Notes: generated from the letters alone by a model not told the origin. Shown: positions 48,871 through 59,521, numbered from the stretch's first letter. The stretch: 64,000 nt of DNA from an uncultured Prevotella sp. (GCA_946612625.1 CAMOEW010000004.1:3-64002), one strand, 5' to 3'. Numbers and translations: made by a program.

Positions 48871-49791
48871 ATGAATAAGTTCCTGATAAAAATATCACTC
48901 TGTATATTGTGTGTCGTCTCATCACTCTATGGATTCCAGTATGTTTATGACACGTCGGCCCGCAATTATGTCGCTGAATGGCCGTATAGTGTCTTGAATA
49001 CATTCTACGACCGCCGTTATGATGCCGATGTGCTCATCATGGGCAATTCGCGCACAGGCAATTATCTGTCGCCGGTTATAGATTCCGTTCTCCAGGTGAA
49101 AAGTCTGAATATAGGTTTTCCTGGTTTTCCTTTTGATTTCGACTATAATCTGATGTATAAACCGTATATTGCATGTAATGTCAAGCCGCGACTTATCATT
49201 CAGGATGTATGCCAATGGGCTTTTTTCGGCGATGTCAATTCCCGCTATCAGATAGAGTTCCTGCCGTATATTGACCTGCCTCAGTTCCGGTTCTATATAG
49301 AGTCGTGCAGCGAACTCTCTGGCAGCCGCTGGCTGCCATTCAAGTATGCTGGCCATCCGGCAAGCATCGGTAATCTGGTGAAGTTTCTGACCGTTGATTC
49401 GCTTCATCTTCCACCTCTCGATATTCCCTATCACAGCGAAGGCTACTTCGCCGGCGAGATATTCCATCCGCTTGAGCATGATGAGCGTATTATGTGTGAT
49501 TTCCTTGAGTTCCTTGGTGACTGTCGCAGACGTGGTATCGAGGTTGTTCTTATCTGCTCGCCGACACATACTGCCGACGGTTGTCCTCACTTCGATATGG
49601 ATGCGTTTCGCCGCCAGATAGGTGACATTGCCAGCAAGGAAAGATTACAGTTGTTAGATTATACGTCGCTCTTCGGCGCTGATGACAGCATGTTTGTTGA
49701 CCCGATGCATCTCAGTGCGCGCGGACGCAGGCTCTTCTCTGAGCGCGTGGCTCATGATATTTTAGAAATGAGGAGGGCATGCCAGAAATAA
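48871..49791 (+). CDS. SGNH/DltD-like periplasmic partner of the MBOAT
   Basis: N-terminal TM, GNSR block, D-x-x-H (FVDPMHLS) near the C-terminus. Confidence 0.65.
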   Translation: MNKFLIKISLCILCVVSSLYGFQYVYDTSARNYVAEWPYSVLNTFYDRRYDADVLIMGNSRTGNYLSPVIDSVLQVKSLNIGFPGFPFDFDYNLMYKPYIACNVKPRLIIQDVCQWAFFGDVNSRYQIEFLPYIDLPQFRFYIESCSELSGSRWLPFKYAGHPASIGNLVKFLTVDSLHLPPLDIPYHSEGYFAGEIFHPLEHDERIMCDFLEFLGDCRRRGIEVVLICSPTHTADGCPHFDMDAFRRQIGDIASKERLQLLDYTSLFGADDSMFVDPMHLSARGRRLFSERVAHDILEMRRACQK

Positions 49792-49805
49792 CAGACATGC
49801 CCTCC
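49772..49805. terminator. Hairpin between convergent genes
   Basis: ggagggcatg...catgccctcc. Confidence 0.5.
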
Positions 49806-49809
49806 GGCT

Positions 49810-52635
49810 CTATTCTTTATTTTCCGTTTGCATGATTACCTCGGCTCGGTTGCCGGAGCTCAGTACTTCGGCAACGAAGCGAGATATTGTTTCTGGCGTC
49901 TGCGCCTTTACTGTCTGCTCGTAGTCTGTGTGCATGTCGATGCCCCACTGTCGGAAGGCAGCAATGATGCCTGCCCAGTAACCGTTGGTCTTTACGTCGT
50001 CGCCGTGCTGCTTGAGCATGTATTCCTTCACCTTCGTGAGCATGTCGCTGTCGCAGCTTCGCGCGAGGCGCTCCACCTCGTCGCGCATCATCAGCAGTGC
50101 AGTGTCGGCCTTTTCCGGGCGCAGTTCGTTCATGGCGATGATGGCACTTTGGCTCTTATAGTCGTCGCGCGTACATCCGGCCTGTGCTATTGGGCTGTAT
50201 GCCACACCAGCTTCTTCGCGTATTTCTTTTGTTGCCATCATCATGAGCACCTGTCCTGCCATGCTTGCCCTGATGCTGTTTTCGAGCGAATATGGTATTT
50301 CTTCTGTTATCCATGCCATCACGGCCATTGCCTTCGGTGTCTCCATCTTGCGACGGAAGCTGTTGACGAGTACTCCTTTGATGGGGGTCTGGATGTCGTG
50401 CCCCTTTACGATATTATTTGTCGAAGGCAGCGATGCGAGATATGTTTCAATGAGTGGGAGCAGCCGGGCTTCGTCGTAGTTGCCTATGATGGTGAACGTG
50501 AATGCGGCAGCATTGCTCGTCTGTTCGCGGGCTATCTGGAGTATGCGGTCGTAACTGACGGCAGCAAGGCGTTCGACGGTCATCGGAACCATGCGCGGGT
50601 TATAGTTTGACAGCGTCACCTTCACTGAGTCGCTGAATGCGCTCTCGGGCGACTGCGCTTTGTTCTTCAGCTCGAGCTCGGTAGTCTTCATCATATTATC
50701 GAACGACTCTTGGTCTTTGTTGATAGCCGTGAAATTGAGATATACCAACTGCAGCAGGGTCTCCACATCGGTCGGAGTTGCCGAACCGCTCACGTGGGTG
50801 CGGCTGTCGCCTATAGTCAGTCTGGCGCTGGCAATCTTTCCGGCGAGAGCTTTTTCTAATTCGGTGCTTGAGAAATTACCCAGTCCACTGGCTGCGATGG
50901 CATCGTCGAACATGTCGATATTGTCGAAGTCGTCAGCTCCGTATAGTGAGTAGCCTCCGAAGCCTTCACCTCTGAGCAATACTTGATCTTTCTTGAAATC
51001 GGTAGGTTTCAGGATTACTGTAGCACCGTTGGAGAGCTTCAGCTCCTTATATCCGAATGTGGCGTTGACGGTCTCATTCACAATCTTTCCCGGCTTGGGC
51101 GTCGATGCCATTAGTGGCTCGTCTTTCACATTGTCGATATATGGCGTTACGGCTTCAGCACGCCCGTCGTGCAGAGCCTTCAACAGACTTTGCTCGGTTG
51201 GGTAGGTTGCACCTTCTTTCTCGGCATTGAAGTTAATGATGATAACGTTGGAGTCGTTGTTTAGCACCATCTGTTTCATCAGCTCGTTGACTGCCTCGAC
51301 GGGAATGTTCGGTACCACTTGTTTCATCATCTGATAGGTTATGTCGATAGAGGGGATAGGTTCGTTGCTGAGGAAGTGGTTTTTGTATTGGTTGGCAAAC
51401 TGCACGTTGTAACGCTTGTCCTTGTTGGAGTAGTTTTTTTCGAGTGTGCTGAGATAGTCGGCGGTATAGCGCTTATATTCGGTTGCCGTGAATCCGAATT
51501 CTGCGGCACGGCGTGCTTCGATGAGCACTGCTTTCAGTGCCTCTTCAGTCTGTCCGTCCTTGGGAACGGCCGAGAGGTCGAAGGCTTCCAGACTCTTCGA
51601 GAAAAGGAACTGACCGTAGCTGGCACCGGCTTGTAGAAACGGACAGTCAGCTTTCTTCGCTGCTTCGCCGATGCGGTTGTTGAGCATGGTGGTGGCTGCT
51701 CCGATGAGGTAGTTGACCATCAGATATTGAATGTTGTTTTTCTCTGCCTCTGGATATGCCTCATGCTTGAATATCAGTTCCACTTCGTTGATGCTCATTT
51801 CCTTGTCCTTGTCAACCACAACGATTGCCTCGGCATTGTCGGGAACGGGATAGGTCGATACCGGCGTGGCGTTCTCTGGCATTATGATGTTGCCGAAGAG
51901 ACGTTGAATCTCGGCTTCCACATGAGCTACATCAACGTCGCCCACTACGATGATGGCCTGGTTGTCGGGGCGGTACCACTTCTCGTAATAGTCGCGTAGT
52001 GTCTGCGGCTTGAAGTTGTCAACCACCGACATCAGTCCGATGGGAAAACGGTGTCCGTATTTCGAACCTGGATAGAGCTTAGGCAGCGAACGCTCGAACA
52101 TGCGCATCGCGGCACTTGTGCGCATTCGCCATTCCTCGTGAATCACGCCACGTTCCTTGTCTATCTCCTCTGGTTCCAGCAGAAGACCGTCGGCCCAGTC
52201 GTGGAGGATGAGCAGGCACGAATCGAGGGCACTCTGGCGGTCGGTTGGCACGTTGGATATGTTATATACCGTCTGGTCGATGCCGGTATAGGCGTTGAGG
52301 TCGCGTCCGAACTGTACGCCGATGCTCTCGCAGTAGCGCACCACATTGTTCGACGGGAAGTTGTCGGTGCCGTTGAAACACATGTGCTCAAGGAAGTGGG
52401 CCAGTCCGCGCTGGTCGTCTTCTTCCTGGATAGAACCCACACGCTGGGCGATAAAGAACTCGGCACGGTGCTCAGGCCACTCGTTGTGGCGGATATAGTA
52501 GGTGAGCCCGTTGGCAAGCTTACCTATTTTCACATCTGGATCAACCGGAATTGGCGGCATCATTTGTGCCATCATGGCTGTCGTTATGCTGAGCATCAGC
52601 GTGACAGTGGCAAGGAATCTTTGTCTTGTGTTCAT
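49810..52635 (-). CDS. M16 family zinc protease (PqqL-like)
   Basis: Signal peptide, inverted zincin GLAHFLEHMCFNG, ERGVIHEE. Confidence 0.92.
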   Translation of the reverse strand: MNTRQRFLATVTLMLSITTAMMAQMMPPIPVDPDVKIGKLANGLTYYIRHNEWPEHRAEFFIAQRVGSIQEEDDQRGLAHFLEHMCFNGTDNFPSNNVVRYCESIGVQFGRDLNAYTGIDQTVYNISNVPTDRQSALDSCLLILHDWADGLLLEPEEIDKERGVIHEEWRMRTSAAMRMFERSLPKLYPGSKYGHRFPIGLMSVVDNFKPQTLRDYYEKWYRPDNQAIIVVGDVDVAHVEAEIQRLFGNIIMPENATPVSTYPVPDNAEAIVVVDKDKEMSINEVELIFKHEAYPEAEKNNIQYLMVNYLIGAATTMLNNRIGEAAKKADCPFLQAGASYGQFLFSKSLEAFDLSAVPKDGQTEEALKAVLIEARRAAEFGFTATEYKRYTADYLSTLEKNYSNKDKRYNVQFANQYKNHFLSNEPIPSIDITYQMMKQVVPNIPVEAVNELMKQMVLNNDSNVIIINFNAEKEGATYPTEQSLLKALHDGRAEAVTPYIDNVKDEPLMASTPKPGKIVNETVNATFGYKELKLSNGATVILKPTDFKKDQVLLRGEGFGGYSLYGADDFDNIDMFDDAIAASGLGNFSSTELEKALAGKIASARLTIGDSRTHVSGSATPTDVETLLQLVYLNFTAINKDQESFDNMMKTTELELKNKAQSPESAFSDSVKVTLSNYNPRMVPMTVERLAAVSYDRILQIAREQTSNAAAFTFTIIGNYDEARLLPLIETYLASLPSTNNIVKGHDIQTPIKGVLVNSFRRKMETPKAMAVMAWITEEIPYSLENSIRASMAGQVLMMMATKEIREEAGVAYSPIAQAGCTRDDYKSQSAIIAMNELRPEKADTALLMMRDEVERLARSCDSDMLTKVKEYMLKQHGDDVKTNGYWAGIIAAFRQWGIDMHTDYEQTVKAQTPETISRFVAEVLSSGNRAEVIMQTENKE

Positions 52636-52653
52636 TTTTATGTATTTTTGGTT

Positions 52654-53559
52654 TTACAATTGTTTGTGCATGTTGCGTGGATGATGCTCGAGAATCTCAC
52701 GACGCAGAGTGGTGGTGTCGATATGTGTGTAAATCTCGGTAGTACCGATGCTTTCGTGGCCCAGCATAGCTTGGATGGCACGCAGGTCGGCTCCCCCCTC
52801 GAGCAGCGACGTGGCAAACGAGTGGCGCAGCGTGTGTGGGCTGATGGTCTTGGTGATGCCGGCCTTGATAGCCTGACGCTTTATCATGATGAGAATCATT
52901 GTGCGTGTGAGATGATGACCGCGGCGGTTCAGAAACACGTAGTCTTCCTCGCCGGGTTTGATGTTCAAGCTGTTGCGGTCGATGAACCACAGCTCAAGTT
53001 CGTGGATGGCCTTGGGTGATATAGGCACAAGGCGCTCCTTCGAACCTTTGCCGTTGACCTTAATAAACTTTTCGTCGAGATATAGGTTGGAGATGAGCAG
53101 AGTGCACAGTTCGCTGACGCGCAGCCCGCATGAGAAGAGCACTTCGATGATGGCGCGGTTGCGCTGGCCTTCGTTCGTGCTCAGGTCGATGCTCTCTTCC
53201 ATGCTGTCGATTTCCTCGGTGGAGAGCACCTCTGGCAGATGCTCTCCAATCTGTGGCGACTCGAGCAGCTCGGTAGGGTCGTTGTCGATATATCCGTCGA
53301 TCTGAAGGAATCGGTAGAAGGAGCGCACGCCGCTCAGTATGCGACACTGCGAGCGGGGATGGATGCCGATGTCGTGCAGGCCGGCGGCAAAGTGTTGAAG
53401 GTCGGCAAGTTCAACCTCGGTCACGTGTTTATGCTCGCGCTGAAGATAGGCGAGAAGCTTGTCAAGGTCGTGAAGATAAGCATCGAGAGTGTTCGGTGAA
53501 TATCCGCGTTGCAGTTTGAGGTAGCGACGATAGTCGCGTACGTAGTCTTTTGCCTCCAT
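52654..53559 (-). CDS. xerD: Site-specific tyrosine recombinase XerD
   Basis: GLRVSEL, GKGSKER, HTLRHSFATSLLEGGADLRAIQAMLGHESIGTTEIYTH. Confidence 0.88.
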   Translation of the reverse strand: MEAKDYVRDYRRYLKLQRGYSPNTLDAYLHDLDKLLAYLQREHKHVTEVELADLQHFAAGLHDIGIHPRSQCRILSGVRSFYRFLQIDGYIDNDPTELLESPQIGEHLPEVLSTEEIDSMEESIDLSTNEGQRNRAIIEVLFSCGLRVSELCTLLISNLYLDEKFIKVNGKGSKERLVPISPKAIHELELWFIDRNSLNIKPGEEDYVFLNRRGHHLTRTMILIMIKRQAIKAGITKTISPHTLRHSFATSLLEGGADLRAIQAMLGHESIGTTEIYTHIDTTTLRREILEHHPRNMHKQL

Positions 53560-53694
53560 CTGACAAATTTTTCTGCAAAAGTACGGATTTTAATGTTATT
53601 AGCCGAAATTTTATCCAAAAATATTTAATATTTTTTGTTATTTCTGCATTTTAGGCTACCTTTGCATCTGATTTTTTTGAAAATATAGATTTGA

Positions 53695-54264
53695 ATGGTA
53701 AAGACATTGAAAATGATGATCATGGCAGTGCTTATGCTGCTGCCGGTGTGCGCAAGTGCACAGAACGCTGGGCTGCAAAAGATGGCCTCAATACTGAAGA
53801 AAACAAGTACGATTACTGCTGATGTGGTCCGTACGCGTCATCGTGAGGCAGTGACAAAAGATGCTGTTGCAAAGGGTAAGTTCACGTACAAGAATTCCTC
53901 GAAGATGAATATTGTTTTTTCGGCCGATGACAAGCTGATAATGGAGGGCAAGACCTTTACCATGGTACGCGACGGAAAGAAGCGCGTGGCAGAAGTGGGT
54001 GGCAAGAGTCCGATGGAACCGATGCTGAACATGCTCAGCTGTATTGTCAGCGGTACGGAATTGAAGAACGCAAAGGTGGAGGACAATGGCAGTGTTGTAA
54101 CAATTACTCCGCAGACAGCTAATGGCAAGAAACAGAAACGGCAAATGTATCAGTCGTTTGTGCTGACCATCGATGGCAAGAATCATCTGCTCAAATCTAT
54201 ACGCCTGAATGAGAAGGGAGCGAACTACACGCAGTTTGATTTCAGCAATGTCATACAAAAATAA
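53695..54264 (+). CDS. LolA-like outer-membrane lipoprotein carrier family protein
   Basis: Signal peptide, all-beta pattern 'KGKFTYK', C-terminal 'YTQFDFSNV'. Confidence 0.5.
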   Translation: MVKTLKMMIMAVLMLLPVCASAQNAGLQKMASILKKTSTITADVVRTRHREAVTKDAVAKGKFTYKNSSKMNIVFSADDKLIMEGKTFTMVRDGKKRVAEVGGKSPMEPMLNMLSCIVSGTELKNAKVEDNGSVVTITPQTANGKKQKRQMYQSFVLTIDGKNHLLKSIRLNEKGANYTQFDFSNVIQK

Positions 54265-54289
54265 GCATAGGTAATTATTCCAGACAATA

Positions 54290-54610
54290 ATGACGCAGGA
54301 AGAAAAGACTCTGACCGAGGAACGCATCGTTGACGTGCTGAAGACTGTATATGACCCGGAAATACCTGTAAACATCTACGACCTGGGAATGATTTACAAG
54401 ATTGAGGTGAACGATGATGGCAGCGTGGATGTTGACATGACCTTCACCGCACCAAACTGTCCTGCTGCCGACTTTATTCTCGAGGATGTGCGCACAAAAC
54501 TCGAAAGCGTTGACGGAGTGAAGAGTGCCAACGTGAATCTCGTGTTTGAGCCGGCGTGGGATCAAAGCATGATGAGTGAAGAGGCACGAGTGGAACTGGG
54601 ATTTGACTGA
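54290..54610 (+). CDS. SUF Fe-S assembly factor (SufT/DUF59)
   Basis: VYDPEIPVNIYDLG, MTFTAPNCP, FEPAW. Confidence 0.9.
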   Translation: MTQEEKTLTEERIVDVLKTVYDPEIPVNIYDLGMIYKIEVNDDGSVDVDMTFTAPNCPAADFILEDVRTKLESVDGVKSANVNLVFEPAWDQSMMSEEARVELGFD

Positions 54611-54654
54611 TAATCAAGCGACGTCGCTTTTCGGCGTAGCAACAAGAAAGACTT

Positions 54655-55419
54655 ATGAAGAACGTATATTTTCTTTCCGATGCCCATCTCGGGTCGCTTG
54701 CCATTCCGCACGGACGAATGCAGGAGCGGCGGCTTGTACGATTTCTCGACAGTATAAAGGAGAAAGCCTCGGCTGTGTTTCTGCTGGGCGACATGTTTGA
54801 TTTTTGGTATGAATACCGCTATGTAGTGCCGAAAGGTTATACGCGATTCTTGGGAAAGTTGTCGGAGCTTACAGACATGGGTGTAGAGGTACATTTCTTT
54901 ACCGGAAACCACGACATCTGGGCATATGACTATCTGGAAAAAGAATGTGGCGTGGTACTTCATAAAACCCCGATAACGACCGAGATATACGGAAAGGTGT
55001 TTTTTCTTGCTCATGGAGATGGACTCGGAGATCCCGGAAAGGGATTCAAGGTGATACGGTCAATCTTCCACAATAGTGTTTGTCAGTGTCTCTTTTCTGC
55101 ACTGCATCCACGGTGGGGAATGTGGTTTGGACTAAATTGGGCGAAGCACAGCCGACTGAAGCGCCCTGACGGAGAAGAACCGCCGTATATGGGCGATGAC
55201 AAGGAATTCCTTGTACAGTTTACGAAGAAATACATCGAGACTCACGATAATATCGACTATTTCATCTACGGGCACCGGCATATCGAGCTTGACATCAAGG
55301 TGTCAAAAAAGGCACGCATGATGATTATCGGCGACTGGATAAACCATTTTACATACGCTGTCTGGGACGGCGACCATATGTTCTTAGAGGAATACGTGGA
55401 AGGTGAGAGCCGACCATAA
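54655..55419 (+). CDS. lpxH: UDP-2,3-diacylglucosamine diphosphatase (LpxH-like metallophosphoesterase)
   Basis: SDAHLG, LGDMFDFW, GNHD, HGDG, GHRH, GDW. Confidence 0.82.
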   Translation: MKNVYFLSDAHLGSLAIPHGRMQERRLVRFLDSIKEKASAVFLLGDMFDFWYEYRYVVPKGYTRFLGKLSELTDMGVEVHFFTGNHDIWAYDYLEKECGVVLHKTPITTEIYGKVFFLAHGDGLGDPGKGFKVIRSIFHNSVCQCLFSALHPRWGMWFGLNWAKHSRLKRPDGEEPPYMGDDKEFLVQFTKKYIETHDNIDYFIYGHRHIELDIKVSKKARMMIIGDWINHFTYAVWDGDHMFLEEYVEGESRP

Positions 55420-55421
55420 CG

Positions 55422-55452
55422 AAAAAACGCTGCGAAAGCGCAGCGTTTTTTT
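55422..55452. terminator. Bidirectional intrinsic terminator
   Basis: aaaaaacgctgcg-aaag-cgcagcgttttttt. Confidence 0.9.
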
Positions 55453-55470
55453 GTTATGGAATCGATTGTG

Positions 55471-56661
55471 TTAAATCAGATTCATAGTGTCGGTGGCAAT
55501 CATCAGCTCCTCGTCGGTAGGAATGACCACAACCTTGACCTTTGAATCGTCGGCAGAGATGACAGCCTCTTCGCCACGGATGTTGTTCTTCTTGGTGTCG
55601 AACTTTACGCCGAGGAACTCAAGACCCTTGCAGACCTCTTCGCGCATGGATACTTGATTCTCACCAACACCGGCGGTAAAGACGATAACGTCAACACCGC
55701 CCATGGCAGCTGCGTAGGCACCGATATACTTCTTGATGCGATAGAAATACATGTCCTGTGCCAGACGAGCGCGCTCGTCGCCACCCTTGGCGGCATTCTC
55801 AACGTCGCGCATGTCGCTCGAACCGCCCGTGATACCGGCAACGCCGCTCTTCTTGTTCAGAAGGTTCGACATCTCATCAGGATTAAGGTTCAGCTTCTTC
55901 TCAAGGAATGTCACCGCACCACCGTCGATGTCGCCAGAACGCGTTCCCATTACAAGGCCCTCAAGAGGTGTGAGGCCCATTGATGTGTCAACGCACTTGC
56001 CGTCAACGACAGCAGCAATGGAGCCACCGTTGCCAACATGGCATGTGATCACTTTCGAACCCTCTGCCTTCATGCCCAGGAACTCCAGCGCACGGGCGCT
56101 GACATAGCGATGCGATGTTCCGTGGAAACCATAGCGACGGACGCCATACTTCTCGTACAACTCGTAAGGAATGGCATACATGAATGCCTTTGCAGGCATA
56201 GTCTGATGGAATGCCGTGTCGAAGACTCCCACCTGAGGCAGGCCGGGCATCAGCTCGTCAACGGCACGAACGCCCTTTAGGTTGGCGGGGTTGTGAAGGG
56301 GAGCAAGGTCGCTCACGGCCTCGAAAGCTGCGAGCACCTCTGGAGTGAGGCGTACGCTCTTGTTGAACTTCTCGCCGCCATGCACCATACGGTGGCCTAC
56401 GGCATCAATCTCCTTCAAGTCCTTGATAACACCAATTTCAGGATCGGTCAGCAGGGAAAAAATAAACTTCACTCCCTCGGTGTGCTCGGGAATGTCGTGC
56501 ATAATCTGTTTCTTCTCGCCATTGGCAAGCTTTACTTTCACAAATGCACCGTCAAGACCAACGCGCTCAGCACCGCCGCTGGTCATCACCTTCTTCGAAT
56601 CCATATCGTAAAGTGCATACTTAATCGAAGAAGAACCGCAATTCAAAACTAATATTTTCAT
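55471..56661 (-). CDS. ackA: Acetate kinase
   Basis: LNCGSSSIK, HRMVHGG, APLHNP, FDTAFH, MGTRSGD. Confidence 0.97.
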   Translation of the reverse strand: MKILVLNCGSSSIKYALYDMDSKKVMTSGGAERVGLDGAFVKVKLANGEKKQIMHDIPEHTEGVKFIFSLLTDPEIGVIKDLKEIDAVGHRMVHGGEKFNKSVRLTPEVLAAFEAVSDLAPLHNPANLKGVRAVDELMPGLPQVGVFDTAFHQTMPAKAFMYAIPYELYEKYGVRRYGFHGTSHRYVSARALEFLGMKAEGSKVITCHVGNGGSIAAVVDGKCVDTSMGLTPLEGLVMGTRSGDIDGGAVTFLEKKLNLNPDEMSNLLNKKSGVAGITGGSSDMRDVENAAKGGDERARLAQDMYFYRIKKYIGAYAAAMGGVDVIVFTAGVGENQVSMREEVCKGLEFLGVKFDTKKNNIRGEEAVISADDSKVKVVVIPTDEELMIATDTMNLI

Positions 56662-56670
56662 AACCTTTTT

Positions 56671-57681
56671 TTACTTCTTTGCATCCATTGCTTGGCAGGC
56701 TGTGATAGCCACCATCTTATAAATATCGTCAACAGAACAGCCGCGTGAGAGGTCGTTGACCGGACGGGCGATACCCTGAAGGATCGGGCCGAGAGCCACT
56801 GCGCCGCCGATACGCTCTATGAGCTTGTATGCGATATTACCCACTTCGAGGCATGGTGCAACAAGAACGTTGGCATGACCGGCAATCTCACTGCCGGGAG
56901 CCTTCTTCTCGCCCACCTTCGGAACAAGAGCTGCGTCGGCCTGAAGCTCGCCGTCGATTTTCAGCTCGGGAGCCATCTCCTTGGCTATCTTCGTGGCAGC
57001 TATAACCTTGTCAACTACTTCGTGAGTGGCACTGCCTTTCGTAGAGAAGCTGAGCATGGCTACGCGAGGATCGGCAAAGCCGGCTACGCTCTTGGCGGTC
57101 TGAGCCGTGCATACGGCAATCTGAGCCAGCTGGTTCTCGTCGGGCATCGGAGTTACGGCTACGTCGCCCATCACGAGAATGCCGTCTTCGCCATACTGAT
57201 GTGCCTGGGTGATGAGAAGCATTGCTCCGCTTACGCATGTGATGCCTGGAGCGGTCTTGATAATCTGGAGCGCAGGACGAAGTGTATCGCCTGTAGTGGA
57301 GAGAGCACCGCTGATCTGACCGTCGGCACCTTCGGTTTTGATAATCATGCATCCAAGATAGAGAGGATTCTTGACGAGCTCACGAGCCTGCTCGATGGTC
57401 ATGCCCTTCTTCTTGCGAAGCTCTGCCAGAAGCTGTGCATATTCCTCGCTCTTCTCGCAGTTCTCGGGGTCGATGAGCGTTGCCTTGTCAATGTGCTGAA
57501 GTCCGAATTCCTTTGCCATTGCGTGTACTTTGTCTGGGTTGCCGATGAGGATAAGGTCGGCAATGTCGTCACGCAACACCATGTCGGCTGCCTTCAGTGT
57601 GCGCTCCTCTTCTGCCTCAGGAAGAACGATGCACTGCTTGTTGCTCTTTGCACGAGCAATGATTTGTTGTACTAAATCCAT
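56671..57681 (-). CDS. pta: Phosphate acetyltransferase
   Basis: LSFSTKGS, DGELQADAA, GPILQG, NDLSRGCS; -7 box TACCTTTG at 57734-57741. Confidence 0.96.
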   Translation of the reverse strand: MDLVQQIIARAKSNKQCIVLPEAEEERTLKAADMVLRDDIADLILIGNPDKVHAMAKEFGLQHIDKATLIDPENCEKSEEYAQLLAELRKKKGMTIEQARELVKNPLYLGCMIIKTEGADGQISGALSTTGDTLRPALQIIKTAPGITCVSGAMLLITQAHQYGEDGILVMGDVAVTPMPDENQLAQIAVCTAQTAKSVAGFADPRVAMLSFSTKGSATHEVVDKVIAATKIAKEMAPELKIDGELQADAALVPKVGEKKAPGSEIAGHANVLVAPCLEVGNIAYKLIERIGGAVALGPILQGIARPVNDLSRGCSVDDIYKMVAITACQAMDAKK

Positions 57682-57781
57682 TTCGTTTGTTTTTATTTGA
57701 TGAATAAATTATATGATTGTTATCAGTCTGCTGCAAAGGTAGTGAAAATATTCGGAATAGTGATTGATAGTCTATAACCTT

Positions 57782-58561
57782 TTAACTTTTTAACATTTTG
57801 AGAGACAAAAGGCTCTCCAGCTTCTCTGTGCTGAGGCGGAGCTTCATTTCGCCTCCCACAAAGACGCTGATGCTTCCTGTCTCTTCGGAAACCACTACTG
57901 CAAGAGCGTCGGTCTCCTGGCATATTCCTAATGCAGCACGGTGGCGCAATCCCAGTTCCTTAGGAATGTCAAGGTCGTGGCTCACAGGAAGGATGCATCC
58001 GGCTGCCTGTATTCTGTTTCCGGTGATTATCATGGCGCCATCGTGAAGAGGTGAATTCTTGAAGAAAATGTTCTCTATTAGAAGCTGGTCGATACGTGCA
58101 TCGATTGTGTTGCCGGTGGCTATTATGTCGTCGAGAGGGATGCTGCGCTGCATCACTATCAGTGCTCCCTCTTTGCGCCTCGACATGTTCTGACATGCCA
58201 TTACTATTGGCATAATCATCTCTTTGTCGGCCACATTGGATTCCTTGGTGTCCTGTGAAAATATTCGCATGAGCGAACGCATCTTGCCGTGGGCGCCAAG
58301 GTCGTAGAGAAACTTGCGTATGTCTTCCTGGAAAAGGATAATAAGCCCGATTACTCCCACGCTCACAAGCTTGTCCATGATGCTGCCCAATAACCGCATT
58401 TCAAGAATCTGCGAAACAATGAGCCACAGCACCACGAATATCATTATGCCGATAAAGACATTTATGCTGCGCGATTCTCGCATCACCCGGAATATATTGT
58501 AGAGCATCAGGGCGACAAGGATGATGTCGATGATGTCTTTTAGTTCAATGTGGAAAAACAT
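57782..58561 (-). CDS. cdaA: Diadenylate cyclase CdaA
   Basis: 3 TM helices, PLHDGA, GLRHRAA, VSEETG. Confidence 0.92.
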   Translation of the reverse strand: MFFHIELKDIIDIILVALMLYNIFRVMRESRSINVFIGIMIFVVLWLIVSQILEMRLLGSIMDKLVSVGVIGLIILFQEDIRKFLYDLGAHGKMRSLMRIFSQDTKESNVADKEMIMPIVMACQNMSRRKEGALIVMQRSIPLDDIIATGNTIDARIDQLLIENIFFKNSPLHDGAMIITGNRIQAAGCILPVSHDLDIPKELGLRHRAALGICQETDALAVVVSEETGSISVFVGGEMKLRLSTEKLESLLSLKMLKS

Positions 58562-59384
58562 GAGGGATTTTACTGTTTGAGTATTTGCTGTTTGACAATT
58601 TACTACTTATAAGCACTGTTTCGCGTGCTTCGCGCACATCGTGAACCCTTAGTATCGAGGCTCCCTTCATCAGGCTGATGGCATTCAGCACTGTAGTGCC
58701 GTTGAGCGACTCGTCGGCTGTGAGGCCAAGCACTTTCTGAATCATCGACTTGCGCGAAATGCCCACCAATACCGGCAGCCCGAGTACAGCGAGGTTCTCC
58801 AGTTCCGACAGGATTGCATAGTTCTGCTCCAGAGTCTTGCCGAATCCGAATCCCGGGTCGATGATGATGTCTTTTTGCCCGAGGTCGCGCAGCTGTTGCA
58901 CCTCGCGTGAAAAGGTGATGAGCATGTCGTGCAATGTCGGCTGCGTTGACATTAATATATAAGGTACGCGCAAGGCGGCTGCCGTGCGGAACATTTCTTC
59001 CCTTGTGTCGGCATTGCCAACGTCGTTGATGATGGCAACACCATATTCCCCGACACACATCTTTGCAACATCGGGACGGAATGTGTCGATGCTCAGCGGA
59101 ACACCGCTCGCTTCGTGGGTAATGACTTTAAGGGCACTTCTCAGCCGCGACATTTCCTCGGACTCGCTCACAATGGCTCCGCCGGGACGCGTGGAACAGG
59201 CTCCGATGTCGATGATGTCGGCACCATCGGCAATCATACGGCGGACTTGTCCGGATATAATTTCTGGACTCTGAGCACGGCTTCCGCAGAAAAACGAATC
59301 GGGAGTCACGTTCAGGATTCCCATCACCTTGGGCGATTCCAAATCCATCAGACATCCGCGTAGATTAATAGTATATTCTGCCAT
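58545..59384 (-). CDS. folP: Dihydropteroate synthase
   Basis: MGILNVTPDSF, STRPG, DPGFGFGK, SRKS, LRVHDV. Confidence 0.95.
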   Translation of the reverse strand: MAEYTINLRGCLMDLESPKVMGILNVTPDSFFCGSRAQSPEIISGQVRRMIADGADIIDIGACSTRPGGAIVSESEEMSRLRSALKVITHEASGVPLSIDTFRPDVAKMCVGEYGVAIINDVGNADTREEMFRTAAALRVPYILMSTQPTLHDMLITFSREVQQLRDLGQKDIIIDPGFGFGKTLEQNYAILSELENLAVLGLPVLVGISRKSMIQKVLGLTADESLNGTTVLNAISLMKGASILRVHDVREARETVLISSKLSNSKYSNSKIPHVFPH

Positions 59385-59521
59385 TTCTTCGCAAAAATAC
59401 AAAGAATTATTGAAACATCGGCATTATCATGGAAATAATTTAAGAAATTCACATTATTTGGATAAAATAATTGTCTGCGAATGCAGAAAATGTGTACCTT
59501 TGCCGAAAATTTCAAAGCAAG

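Noticed and set aside
52654..53559. Integrase of a prophage or ICE
   Set aside because: The sequence and its housekeeping neighbours fit chromosomal XerD; no att sites or mobile cargo seen.
57782..58561. c-di-AMP cyclase as a novel signalling or defence system
   Set aside because: A membrane CdaA next to folP is an ordinary arrangement in Bacteroidales.
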